A DNA stretch of 63,927 bases, counting the filler, from Collodictyon triciliatum (lineage: Eukaryota): NCBI GenBank assembly GCA_043381765.1. It is 5 parts of 5 records of this genome, joined end to end, with 100 filler letters (N's around TTAATTAATTAA, not from the genome) between each part and the next. Parts side by side here need not be neighbours in the genome. Positions count along the whole stretch, not along the records: positions 17,619 to 34,746 come from JBHJMP010001451.1; 4 more parts are not named here. One strand, written 5' to 3'. Shown here one piece after another: positions 18,100-30,221 of this stretch. The position numbers were made by a program, and so were the translations under genes. Numbering within the stretch: position 1 is the stretch's first letter; every line of letters begins with the position of its first letter. The notes beneath the pieces are model-generated. The model ran no database searches. It saw nothing but the letters and a program-made list of their open reading frames with translations, and was not told where the DNA came from.

Positions 18100-21000
18100 A
18101 TGCGCGGATCTCAGATCAGCCGACTTGGCGAAGCATACACGCACGAAACACCGCACACAGGAGCGGATTTTCCTGCCGAGCAGGCCGAGTCACGCGCCCC
18201 GCAGGCCGGCCGAGCCTTTGAGACCAGCAGAGCCGACAGAGCCGATCGATTCGACCTGCAGGCGTTTTCTCCGTCGTCCGAGCATTTCTCACTGGGCAGT
18301 TTTGGAGACGGAGGCGATCGAACTCCGGCCGAGCGTTTTGGCCACGTGTCGAGTAGCAAAGCCGTGATTCCTGCTTTGTTGTCGTCTGGAAGCAGCGTCT
18401 CCAACATGAATCTCAACGCCATGTCGAATCCAAACATGCTTTCCAATGTTAACACAAATGTTAATGCAAATACAAATGCAAATGCAAATATGGAGGATGA
18501 TCTCTTTGATGGAGGCGCAAATACTTCGATCCAAGGCTCGTTGACGACAAAAGGCTTCGAGGGAAAAAGCGCAGGGCGCTTTGAACGTGGCGTGTTTGGA
18601 CTCTTTTACACCATGGTCAAGGATCGTCCGCAGCACCGCATATTCAGTCGGCTGCTTGTGCCGCTGAAGCTGCTCCAGTTTCTGGCCTTCAGCTTCAACA
18701 CAGACTTTCCCTGGAATCCCGCAATTACGCATTGGTTTCAGCTTTTTCTGCGCTGGTCTCAGTTCAACTTTTCAAAGAACGGATCATATGCCTCTCAGGT
18801 GGTCTACTTTGGCCTGGCCAGTGTATCTTTGTATGCTTCTTATGCTAACTTTGTCTACGTCATGTACATGTTTCAGGTTAGTTATGCTAATTAAGGACAT
18901 CTGTGCTTCATTCCTTGTTTTCAATCTCAAATATTCTGATATAGGCTTTCATGATTTATTGTTGTCATTTTTGTTCATTTTGCCTTCGTGAATATATGTC
19001 TATATCTCTCTCCAAGTTAAGTGCTTGATGTATGCAATACGTAGTCATCTGTCATCACGAATGTATGGTCGATACGTATGTTGCGCGTTGTGGCCGGTAC
19101 ATTATTTACTTTCCTGTTTATTCCGATCACCAGGATTTTGCTCCTGAACGTAAAATGTGACTATAGGTAAATAAATTAACCTTATCGATTTACATAAAAG
19201 GACAAATCACAAGGCTTTTTGAAGTTTTATGGTACTTGTTTAATCCTCCATTTTATGCGTTTTATGACGTGAATCAAATTCAAACTTAGTGGGGGAGTTT
19301 TTCAAGCACATCTTATCGACCACCCAGATATCGAATGTTTTGGTTGGCCGAATGGCTTTCTTTACGTGGTTTCGGTTGTGGCCCTCCTCTGTCTCATCCC
19401 TCTTGCACTCATGACATCTCTTGTGTATGTGTATAATATGCAATATACTCATTTCTTCCCTTGCCAGAAGAGAAAAATGTTAACACAGTCGTGTGAAAAA
19501 TATGATTATGCTTTGAGTATCTCAACTTCATTTTGCTTTATTTCAAAAAAGAAAATTATAAATGCCCAAACGAACGTAGGTACTACGACGGAGATATCAA
19601 ATCAAAAGATGTCCAGAGTAGGCACCATGGAAGACTCGACTTTCTACTCTTGATAATGAAGCTGGTTCTGGTCTTTTCCGAAGTCTTGTTTGCTGAAAAA
19701 ATGGTTTGTCACCCTAGTCTTGAAATAATTTCTCTTGCGATAAAAACTAAGAAATAAGAAAAAGAAAAAGAAAAAGAAACATAGAGACATAGAGACATAG
19801 AAATAGAAATAGACATAGAAAAAGAAAAGAAAGAGAAACATAGAAATAGAAATAGAAATAGTCTAAGTTCATATTTTATTTCGGGATCTAGGGAATTCGA
19901 ATTGCGTGTCTGGTTATTAGCGCCTCTATATACGTTTTGGCATGCTTGATATTTCAACCATACTACCACCATCGAACCAATCACACCGTCCGTTTGAATA
20001 TATGATAGCCAAATTTATTAAATATCTCATGAAACAGAGGCGTCGTGAGAAATCACCTCAATATTTTCCATCTAACATTTTCGTATCTCATGCAGACGGT
20101 TGGCATGTTTTCAGTTGTGCTTCTATCTGCTATATGCACAGCAATTTGTTATGGCATCGGTGATGACAACTCGATAGTTGCACCAATATTGTTCTTCGTC
20201 CTTGCCATCCCATCTTTTTACGCAGGATACATTTTATCAAGTAATCAATAATAATTTATTACGAATATATGCCTTGGTGATTTTTAGTTTGATCTAAAAA
20301 TATGACCTCGATCTTAATATATTTTTCCTTGGAACCCCCCGACAGGATTCCGATACAATTTTCTGATTGAGTCAGTGAAGCAAGCATTTCCTGAAAGCCA
20401 TCCTGGACCCTCAGCAGTGAGTCCAAATTCACACACTCAAGGACCACCTGGATTTTACTTCGAATCAGATGTCGAAATAGCCATTAGGTAGAACAAAACC
20501 CAACAACAAAAACAATTTTATGATGTTCATTATTTGGTAGAATTTAAATTTGTAATGCACTCAATACAGGCATTTGATTACATCAAACCAACCAAACATC
20601 ATGTACGCCCAGAAGCTTTACTTGATTGGTGTGAAGCTGTACCCCCAATCAACTTATGTTCTCCAATCATACATTCTGTTTATCGCTTATGTCAAGAAAA
20701 ACTATCCGTTGACGATCAAACCCATTCGCGCTCTAAGAAGATTGGATCTTATGATAGACACAAAGTTTCTGATATATGTTGTCGAAGTGGATTGGTTAGT
20801 CTCTTAATTTACTCTGTCTGTAGTTTCATTATGCAGCTATGTTTTTTTTTTCACCACTCATTTGTAACAGAGCCTGCAAACGTCATCAGCACTAAGACAT
20901 AGCTCCATTTATTAAAATGGTTAAAATCGCACTGTTTCTTCATAGGACGAAAAGTAACCACTCCCAAGAGCTAGGGGACGGGGGGACAATGGATGTCATG

Positions 21001-24000
21001 CATTATGTCGATTTTCAAAGCAATTACAATCGCGCAAAGACGTACCATGTGAAAACTCGAAAACTCATTCAGACTTTTTGGGAAAAGGTAAGGCCCATAG
21101 AAAGCACGAGATGCCAAAAAAAATGCATCATGCATCACGTATCATGTATAATGTATAATGTAAAGTATAAAATGTAAAAATTATATATTCTCTAGAATAT
21201 TTCTCATCATTTTGCTATTGGCCTGTTCCATCACTAAATGTTCTTAACGAATCGAAAGGTCATTGACTCTACGGATGAACACTTTGTCATAGAATTGCCG
21301 CAGTTGGCATCTGATATAGTGAGAAATGAAAAGAAATGTGAAGAATCATACATCAAGCTTCTCAACACATATCCCGAGTCACGAGTCCTCTTGCGGAGCT
21401 TTGGTCAGTTTGTGGAAACGGTCAAGAATGATAAAGAATGGGCACGCGAATATTACAGTCAAGCAGATGCCCTCGAAGACCCAAGCTTGGCAGCAAAGCA
21501 AAGGGACGAAACATCTTCATACCATTCTCATGTCTCTGTTCATAAACAACGCACTCAGTCTGCATGGATAAAAAAACGCGACCGTGCAAAACTTGAAGTA
21601 GTGCGCCTGTTGCAAGTGGGGACATATGTCATCGGGTTCACAGTATGTTTGGCTACAATCGCTATATTCACACTGGGGAGAATCTCACATGTGCATCTGT
21701 CTGACATTCTTACATCAGCAAGTGAGCTCAGTGAATCTTCCAAATATTCGCAGGTAAAATATCATAAATAATATTTTTCTTCTCTTCGAATCATCCTTTT
21801 TTTTTAATATATATTTACAATTATATCAATTTAATGACTATGATATTTTAGGTCCCATATTTATATCTCAGATCTCTGGACTTATCGGCATACAGTAACG
21901 AATCAGACTATTTCTCATCAAACCAAACTGTGATAGAGAAGGAAATGACATACTTTCTATCTCTACAGCAAACGCTTTACGATTCTGCACGCCAGGTAAA
22001 TCTCTCTCCAGAATGGACAAGAAATGAGTATACAGTCTACGAGCTACTCCCGTCCAGCTATTATGATTTTCATACATCTCTGGTCAATTTTTGGGATGGA
22101 GTCAACAGTTACATCCAAAGAACACGCTTTGACTCATATAGGAGGATAGAGCAGTTTCAAGACAAACCAATTTCAAATGATTACTGGTTTTTTTTTTATT
22201 CTTTTCATTTTCTCCTTTTATTTTATCTGATTAAATATATAACCTCTGTAAAGATTTAACTCTATAACCCTGCATAAAAATGCGCCAACAATATGTAACC
22301 AAACATTTTTAGATCACTCGCATTTGATTTTCATTCTTTCTTAACAGGTTTGTGTTGAATAATGGACCTGCAGCAATCAACGAAATGTTTACACAGATGA
22401 GAATGTCGTATAAAGCCCGCCATGAGAACCAATTGGATTATTGGCATAGTGTGTTCTCAGTTTTGCTTGGCGTTTCGATTGGCCTGAACATTGCTTTTCA
22501 GATTTTCTTTGTTCGAACACTGGAAAAACTGCAATTGTTTAGAGAAAAAACACTAAACATCTTCCTTGTTATCCCAAAGCCAGGCAAGGAAAACTGACCA
22601 ATTTAAAATAATATTTATATGAAAGAATATTGTCATCCTCAATTTATTTTTATTCCCTTTCACCAACTAAAATAACTAATTAAGTTTGACTTTTCACGTC
22701 ATTGAGAAATACAATAGGACTTTCTTTCAATCATGATTCCACGAATCCTATTCATTAAATGATAAATTTTACTCCATCAGTCATCTCAGATTTACTTCAG
22801 ACTCTCCGGAATGCAAGAGACGAGGACGATGAAGACGACGAACGCGACCACCACGAGTTAGAAACGATAAAGTATTTGCCCAACAGACTAACGAAAATAT
22901 AAAGACTTTATCCAATCTCCCATATAACCTATTTACCTGAACCAGAAGTAACGCTTGTTAATAAATGACATACAGCGAATCGCAGGAAAATGCTGGTCAA
23001 GAAAATCCTGGAGCTTCTGCTTCGATATACTCAGTACATGCTGGTTCCAACGGGGCACTGAATGCCAGACGCAACAGCCAAAGTCCTGCAGATGGCGCAC
23101 TCGATGGAGAAGATGACGCCGAAAACTCAGCAGCTCCAATATCGGTCGACTCGGACATCGAGAAGGATATTCTACAAACAAACAAATCGAACACATACAA
23201 ATCGAAAAAGCGGCAGCCGGTGCCAACGAACGAGCCACCAGCAGATTCGAGCAACGTGCCATCCATCGAGGAAAAAAGCACTGTCGTGAAGCGGGTATGA
23301 TGCAGATAGTAATAAGAAAAAAAATATGCAACAGTGATATCAATTTCCTAATAGCTTTCTTTTCTTTGCTTACTAATCCTAATGCGGCTCATAACCAACA
23401 CTGTAGAAAAAGGACCAAAAAATACACGCACGCCACCGTATCGGCCTGTTTATAGTCCAGCTGACGTTCCTGGCGATCATTCTGGCACCCTACTTTATGA
23501 TCCAAGAGCAAAGCTCCTTTGTAAAGGAAGTGTCAGTTGCTGGTAATAAACAAAATCTATTTACTCCTACCATTCTCTCAAAACATATACACTACCACTC
23601 GCGAAGATGCACAAAATATAAAATGACCAAGAAAATTTGCGACTGTTTATGAAAATAGGTGAAAGATGGGAATTGATGACAAGGGTGCGTTTTTTCTCTC
23701 GCGAATTTGTTCTTGGAAATTCTCCATTCTGGAGCCGCAAGGAGATTCAAGGGATTTTGAAGAAAGACACATCAAGGTATATATAAAGGATGCGTGCCTT
23801 TGTACAAAGAATGAAAGGATTTGGTGGTTTCATTATTTCCTTCTCAATATGCTGAACGTCTATCTATTAATTGCACAAAGACTTGGCCTTATTCACGACC
23901 AACTGAAGTACGGCGGCGGGGCATTGCCAGGCTCTGACCATCGCTACGAGCCGCAGCACAGTCTTTTATACGACCCTGTCGACTGCTTAATGTTTAACAG

Positions 24001-25441
24001 GTTGACTGCAACTTTTCTACTTTTTATTTCCTTTACTTTATGCTTTACCTTTCGCTTCGTTTTCTTATATTTTTTTTATTTCACCCCTCCGTCATCCAAA
24101 AGAAAGCAATTTGTTTAGCTTTGCTGCTATGGGGATTTCTTGACTCACACAGCTAAATCGAGCAGGAGCCTGTGCACGCCGGGCCGCATCCCTGGATTTC
24201 TCTCTGTCAGCCTGGATTCGCTTATGGAGAGATTTGTTTCCAAAGCTGTTCGGCTCTCTGCGTACCCGCTTAACACCACCGAACTGAGTCTGGGTCAAGA
24301 GGACTTTGCATTTGTGTGGGCTGCCGGCGAAAACGACCTGGATGATGCATTGCACAAATCCTTGATGCTTTACAACGAAGAAGGGCAAAAAAAGCTTGAT
24401 GATATGGTGGATACAATCAATGGTGTTTTTGCTGGTTCCATTTGTACCTTGCTGTTCATATACTGTGAGTTCCTCTGATTATCTTTCTTTTGTTCTTCTT
24501 GTTCTTGTTCTTTTTTCTTCGTATTTTTATGAGACGCTGTGAACTGCTGACCCAAACATTTCTGATCTGGTGATTCGGACCACCAAATAAATCATAGTTA
24601 CGTTGCTGCGCCCAATCACGGTTTATCTGCGAGAGGAAAGCGAGAACATCACCCGAATCTTATCGATTATCCCGCAAGAATGGGAATCGCGGCCTTTGAT
24701 TGAATGGTCCGAGAAGCTAAGCGTGGGCATCACCATCATGGACAATCAACACAAAGTCCTGTTGAATCTGATAAACGCATATTACCGCGCAGTTCTCGAC
24801 CTGAAGGGAGCCGAAGTCATCGGAAAAGTACGCCCCGATTCTCATTTAATCCATTTGTCTGTTTCATCGTCCGCAACATGCGAATCAATGAAAATGCTAC
24901 ACTCCTTTCATTCACTCCTGTCCAAACTCAATGCTTTTAAATTAAGTGTATACACATGCGTATCTATAAAGGTATTGGAGGCGCTTCTACAATACACCGT
25001 AAAGCACTTTGGTGAAGAAGAGGCACTCATGGCAGAAGGTCATTATCCAGCGGTTGACGCACACAAAGAGCTTCACAAAAAATTAATTGGACAAGTATAT
25101 CTCTTATGATTATGATTATATTTTTTTTAATATTAGGATTCTTGATTAAAATTCTACTGAAAATCGAATGATTCAGTGCACATGCATGAAATGCCGATTT
25201 AACTTACTTTTCTGTTACAACAAAAACAAAAATACAAATAACTGTATAAATAAATATAAATGCCATCATAACAATGTAAAAGGTCATGGAATTTGTTGCA
25301 AGACTCAAGAAAGGCGACCCCAGCGTGGACTTCCGCCTGATGACGTTCCTGAGAGCGTGGCTCACGAGTCACATCCTCGGTCACGACAAGAAATACGGCC
25401 GCCATCTTCTCCAAAACGGCTACGAAAACGAAGACGCCTGA
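18100..25441 (+). CDS. TmcB/TmcC-like polytopic membrane protein with TPR-like domain and C-terminal hemerythrin domain
   Basis: N-terminal multi-TM block (FERGVFGLFYTMVK...LQFLAFSF...IRMLRVVAGTLFTFLFIPITRILL...C); TmcB-type helical region (FQSNYNRAKTYHVKTRKLIQTFWEKV...YIKLLNTYPESRVLLRSFGQFVETVKNDKEWAREYYSQADALED); two further TM-loop-TM modules; EESENITRILSIIP; then a complete hemerythrin domain and TGA at 25439-25441. Confidence 0.85.
24696..25441 (+). other. Bacterial-type hemerythrin domain encoded by three exons (to 24827, 24972-25094, 25283-25441)
   Basis: LIEWSEKLSVGITIMDNQHKVL...VKHFGEEEALM...YPAVDAHKELHKKL...FLRAWLTSHILGHDKKY; all di-iron ligands present (H, HxxxE, HxxxH, HxxxxD). 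Confidence 0.95.
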
Positions 25442-26111
25442 TGCAACTCTATGTTCTTCCTTGCATCGGCGGACTTGCTGGGCAGCTGTGTTCTCTTCAT
25501 CCGCTGGCCAGAAGCCTGTTTTTGTGTGATGTTTGATGTGTGATGTGTAATGTGTGATGTGTGGGAGTAGCACATAAACATTAGACGAAGAAATCTTTCA
25601 ACAGAAAAAAAAAAGAGTACAAAACGAAGTCTCTAGAAATCATTCAAAAGAAATACATGTCCACTCAGAATTATGAATATAGACAATTGTCAGCCTTTCA
25701 TTTCTTTCAAGATACCTTTTTTTTTTATTACAGTTTTCGTCACGAATAAAAAGGTAATAATACTATGCGTCGCTTATGCAGTATGTGGTTATAGTTTTTT
25801 TTTTTTTTGTTATAAAAGATCGACAAAAATAAAATAAAATAAAATAGCCCAATTCTGAGAAAATCATGCTGCACTGAGCCACATAAACACACAATTCAGA
25901 TATCACAGTAGAATCCGCTCTTGATTCACTTTATTTTCAAATATTTTCTTAGTGTTCGATTAATCATCCTACATAAAAGCAAAACCCGATGCATTTCCAG
26001 TATCTTCCTCGGCCGTAGAAACACTTGTTTCACTTTCTCTTTTGTCTCATAATCTGTATCTTCTGGCAAAAGACACACGCACACACACACTTGTCCATAT
26101 CCCGATGCCTG

Positions 26112-26304
26112 TCAGCCATCATCAGGGTGAAGGCCTTGGCGAGGAGCGCTCTCGACTGATTCGATATCTGATTCGGACTCGGATTCTTCCAGTGAGATGA
26201 GCTCTTTGACTCCGTTGCTGTTTCCATCATCCACACCATCCTCCTCATCCTCCTCCTCCTCCTCATCCTCCTCCTCCTCCTCATCCACATCCTCCTCCTT
26301 CTCC

Positions 26305-26362
<58 letters not shown>

Positions 26363-26897
26363 CCTCCTCCTCCTCCTCCTCATCATCATCATCATCATCA
26401 TCCACACTACTGGATTCGCCCTCACAACTTTCCTTGTAAGCCCTGAACAAGCCCACAAGACGGTAGACGTTTGCTGGGGCATGCGCAATCTGCCCATGAG
26501 AGTACTCGGAGCGGCACTCGGGACACTGTGATGGCTTCTCTCCGGTCGCGTGCTTTGACTCCGGCCTTCCCAGACATCCTGCGCAGAACGTGTGTCTGCA
26601 CGGAAGAACTCTGGGTTCGTCCAGCAGCTCCAGGCAGAGTCCACACTCCAGGAAACGTGTGCAGGCGGAGATGAGCTGCTTTTTCCGCTGCGCCGAGGTT
26701 GCTGAGAGAGGAGCGAGGTTGTGAGGCGGCTGCTCGAGGAACCGTATCTAAAAGAGTGTTTGTGTGTGGGTGCAGAAAGAAAGGAAAGAAGGGAAAAAGA
26801 AGGGAAAAAGAAGAAACTTCCACAAGCCTTCAGTCTCGGGACGGGCTGCCGACAAGCGGAGACGCTTTCTTGGGTTCTTGCTTGGCCTGGCGCTCAT
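26112..26897 (-). CDS. C3HC4 RING-finger protein (putative E3 ligase) with NLS-like N-terminus and long Asp/Glu tract
   Basis: Frame not shown in the ORF track reads FLECGLCLELLDEPRVLPCRHTFCAGCLG...QCPECR, continuing into the poly-D/E ORF 26112-26456. The only available upstream ATG (26897) gives MSARPSKNPRKRLRL. Confidence 0.8.
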
Positions 26898-27100
26898 CGG
26901 CCGGTTCCTCCCCAGTCGCGTCTTGTTCTGATGCAGGGCCGTGCAGAAAACTTGCAAGCCTCTCGACGGCGCTACTCGAATGGCCTTACAGAACTTGTTT
27001 GCTCTCTGGGGTGGCTGACCCAACACTAAGGCAGTGCTTTTGCAACAAAAAAAAAAGAATCGAAGGAAAAAACAACGGAAAGGAAAGTGTAAAAGGTTAA

Positions 27101-27172
27101 TGACCCCACGCAGATTTGAACAGCGATTGTCAGATTCAGAGTCTGAAGTGCTAACCGTTACACCATGGAGCC
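27101..27172 (-). tRNA. tRNA-Gln (anticodon CUG)
   Basis: GGCTCCA TGGTGTAACGGTTAGCACT TCAGA CT-CTG-AA TCTGA CAAT CGCTG TTCAAAT CTGCG TGGGGTC A; 72-nt cloverleaf with A and B boxes and downstream T runs; closely resembles eukaryotic tRNA-Gln. Confidence 0.92.
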
Positions 27173-27206
27173 GGTCTTGATTACACGCTTGTGTAGTACA
27201 TATTTG

Positions 27207-27326
27207 AATAATAGTTTTACCACATACTATAATGATAGTTTTGTCACATACTATAATGATAGTTTTGTCACATACTATAATGATAGTTTTGTCACATACT
27301 ATAATGATAGTTTTGTCACATACTTG
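27207..27326. repeat. 24-bp minisatellite, about 5 copies (AATGATAGTTTTGTCACATACTAT)
   Basis: Three exact copies at 27231-27302 plus degenerate flanking copies; no spacers. Confidence 0.95.
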
Positions 27327-27439
27327 AATAATACCATCAATCCCTCAATTTTTTCTTCATATCTTTTCCTTCCGCTCCCATGTTGCGCTTTTAAAATTAT
27401 GAGAACAATAAGAATATATTATGAAATAAGAAAGGAGGA

Positions 27440-27956
27440 ATGAATGCAGTGGAGCGTGTGCGAAGCAGTTGCCGGTTCGTTGCAGAGCACTCTGAGCTTG
27501 TTCGTGTGGATGAGGAGGCCATCGATCGCTTCGTTGCAGAGTTGGACATTGCAAAGTTTGAGCAGCTGGCCAAACCCAGCGGCCTTCCGCTTCGTTTCGA
27601 CACTCTCGCGCAGGAAATCAACTTTCACACGGTCATCAACCTCCTCAACTTTGGCAGCGGATTCCGTAAAGAGTTGCATCGTGCCTGTGAGCGAGGAGCG
27701 TACGAAACGATGGTGATTGTGAATTAAGTCATTTATGTTATTGTTATTGTCATTGTCATTGTCATTGTCATTGTCATTGTCATTGTCATTGTCATTGTCA
27801 TTGTCATTGTCATTGTCATTGTCATTGTCATTGTCATTGTCATTGTCATTGCCATTATCATTATCATTATCATCATCATAATTATCATTATCATTATCAT
27901 CATCATTATCATCATCATCATCATTATCATCATTATCATCATTATTATCATTATTA

Positions 27957-27999
<43 letters not shown>

Positions 28000-29994
28000 T
28001 GATCGGGTTTATGGTATCTTAAAAGAGGAAAGTTAAAATTTTGTTGGTGAAAAAGAATACTGTTTGCATATATATGCATCTCATCTTTCTATCTATCTCT
28101 TTGCATACCGAGAAGCTTTTTGGTGTGATGAGCATGCATATCGCACAGTTTGACATGACAGCTTCAAATCTAAAAAACATGTCTCGCGCAAGTGTCACAG
28201 ACTTTTTTCGAATCCCGTACACATGTAAGGTTTTTTTTTTTTTGAGTTTGGTTGTTTCATTGTTACATATACTAAATAATTACTCTTTATTTGTAATTTT
28301 TGGTTTCTAAAAATAAACATTTTAAGATGGAAATGTAATAGTCATATTGATGCGTCGATGATGTGGTAATTGATTTGTAGATGAAGCAGAGCAATCACCC
28401 GGCATTTATGTAAGCAAACCAACGACGCTGGCGCCCTTGGTCGATATGATTCTTAATGTGAGTCCGAAATGAATCTTGTTTCACCGATATAAGCAAGATT
28501 TCCGAATCCATTTTATCGATGCATGATTTTGCAAATTGAGATGTTTGCTTTATCAATGGCCTGTGATTGAAATGAGCCCATGCGCCCGAAATTCCTTATG
28601 CGAAAGATTTATTTTTTTAAAAAAAAGGTACTAAAAACTACTTTGCTACAGGTGTTGAACGATAGTGGAAAGCTTCTTGAATCATATGGGTACAGAGACT
28701 TTTCGCAGTTTATCATCGAAAACTGTAAATCCAAAAGTAAGTTGACTCCTCTTTAAAATGACGAAGGAGCATATTTTTCAAGAATTATAAACTATATCAA
28801 AGCACAATTTCGTTCCAAAAGGAACCGCGCTCCGTCATCTCCCAGCGGCTGTTTTAATATATTTTGAGCTCTCTCATAGGCGCTGTGGAATTAACAGAGA
28901 GCCTTGTCCGTGCATTTCCCGCCTTTGATGACAGATTCGACTGGAAGGGAACACCAATTTACATATACAAGAAAGCACAACTCGTTGCAGCTGAGTTGTA
29001 CCGTCATCTCAGGGTACAATATTCCCTCTTTCATATTTCGTTTCGTTTCTTTATTTTTTTTTTTAAAGAAAAACAACAAGTACATAACTCTGCGTCCATG
29101 AATTATCATTATTTTTTAAATTTTTTGTTTTGTTTATTTGATGTTGCTTGTACTCAGGCAGAAAAGGATTGAAGAAACTGCCGACTTTTTTATATCTATT
29201 TACTGATTCATGTTGCCATCCTCACTGTCACCACATTCAAGCAAAAGCACACCGCATTCTACTTCACAGACATGGAAAAGCTGACTGTATACAGTGACAA
29301 TGTCGTCCCAGCAGTTCTACGGTTCCATAAGATTCTGGTGCTGGATGAAGCACTATCGAAGAAAATTGAGGACGGGTTCGGTTCTTTCGTCCGCTCACAA
29401 TCTCGTTGCTTTATCCTGCTATGTTTATTTGCATCGTCGCCATCGGACACAACACTCTGTTTCTATCCTTGTTTAACTATCAGCCAGATATTCGAGAAAT
29501 GCATGTCTCAACTCGCAATTCAATACGTGACAGAATCGAGCTCTCCGCAGGCGATGAGGATTTGCAGTTGCGAGCAAGCGCGATAGTTGCGGCAGAGAGA
29601 CTTGCCACCAAGCTACAGCAAAAGTTCCCTGATAAACGAATCACAGAACTCGAAGTCGACTATTTCTTGTGGGTTGTGGCAAAGGAGCCCGAGGTTCTAT
29701 TTTTATTTTCTTGCTAGATGAGCATGTGTAAATATGTTGACGCTTTTTTTTTTCGTTCATTTTATAAAGAAACAAAATACAAATATAAAACAAAAAAAAA
29801 CAAGAAAAAAAAAAGTCCCAACAGAAGGTTTACTTATTAATTGTGTTTATCCAATTTGTCAAACTATGCATATGCAACACCCCCATACTGAATTACCATA
29901 TCATCATTTCGCACATTTCAAATACGTGAATTAAACCGGCTGACAGCTCCGAAAGTTTCAACGACACGCAACCAAGGATACATACTTTTACTGA
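27440..29994 (+). CDS. QNG1: Queuosine salvage family protein (QNG1/C9orf64/DUF2419-like)
   Basis: VRSSCRFVAEHSELVRVDEEAI; INLLNFGSGF; LVRAFPAFDD...IYKKAQLVAAEL; LTVYSDNVVPAVLRFHKIL; QLRASAIVA; EVDYFLW...RHATKDTYFY*. Motif order and FY C-terminus are typical of DUF2419. Confidence 0.85.
27735..27998. repeat. Compound (CATTGT)n/(CAT)n/(TAT)n microsatellite in QNG1 intron 1
   Basis: Direct inspection. Confidence 0.95.
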
Positions 29995-30221
29995 ATGCTC
30001 GAATCAGACTTCGGCATTCGTGGGGAAAATCAAGGAGATGACTCAGGTCAAGTGTAATCGGCATTCATCGCGCCCGAAACATGGAATGCTTCCCATTGAA
30101 TCACTCCAAAGAAGTGATAATAAACAGAGAAACCCCGCCACCATATTCAAGCTCTGACCTTTGAAACACCCGGACATCGTTCACCCACGGTAAATCGCGA
30201 ATGATAGACACCCAAAGCATT

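Noticed and set aside
26030-26644. Poly-Met/Arg ORF, and similar poly-K/F/L/I ORFs elsewhere
   Set aside because: Alternative-frame translations of microsatellites or of the Asp/Glu tract.
26748-26750. UAG-to-Gln reassignment suggested by the in-frame TAG next to a tRNA-Gln
   Set aside because: The anticodon is CUG, not CUA, and TAG is the normal stop of Rab14, the calcyphosin-like gene and the DGK1-like gene at their expected C-termini.
27207-27326. 24-bp repeats as a CRISPR array
   Set aside because: Copies are directly adjacent with no unique spacers, there are no cas genes, and the context is eukaryotic.
27101-29994. Functional link between tRNA-Gln and the queuosine salvage gene
   Set aside because: Queuosine modifies only GUN-anticodon tRNAs (Asn, Asp, His, Tyr), not tRNA-Gln.
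29995-30080. Box C/D snoRNA on the minus strand (GCGATGA...CTGA...CTGA)
   Set aside because: The C box is non-canonical, there is no clear terminal stem, and only about 9 nt of possible rRNA complementarity, not adjacent to the D box.
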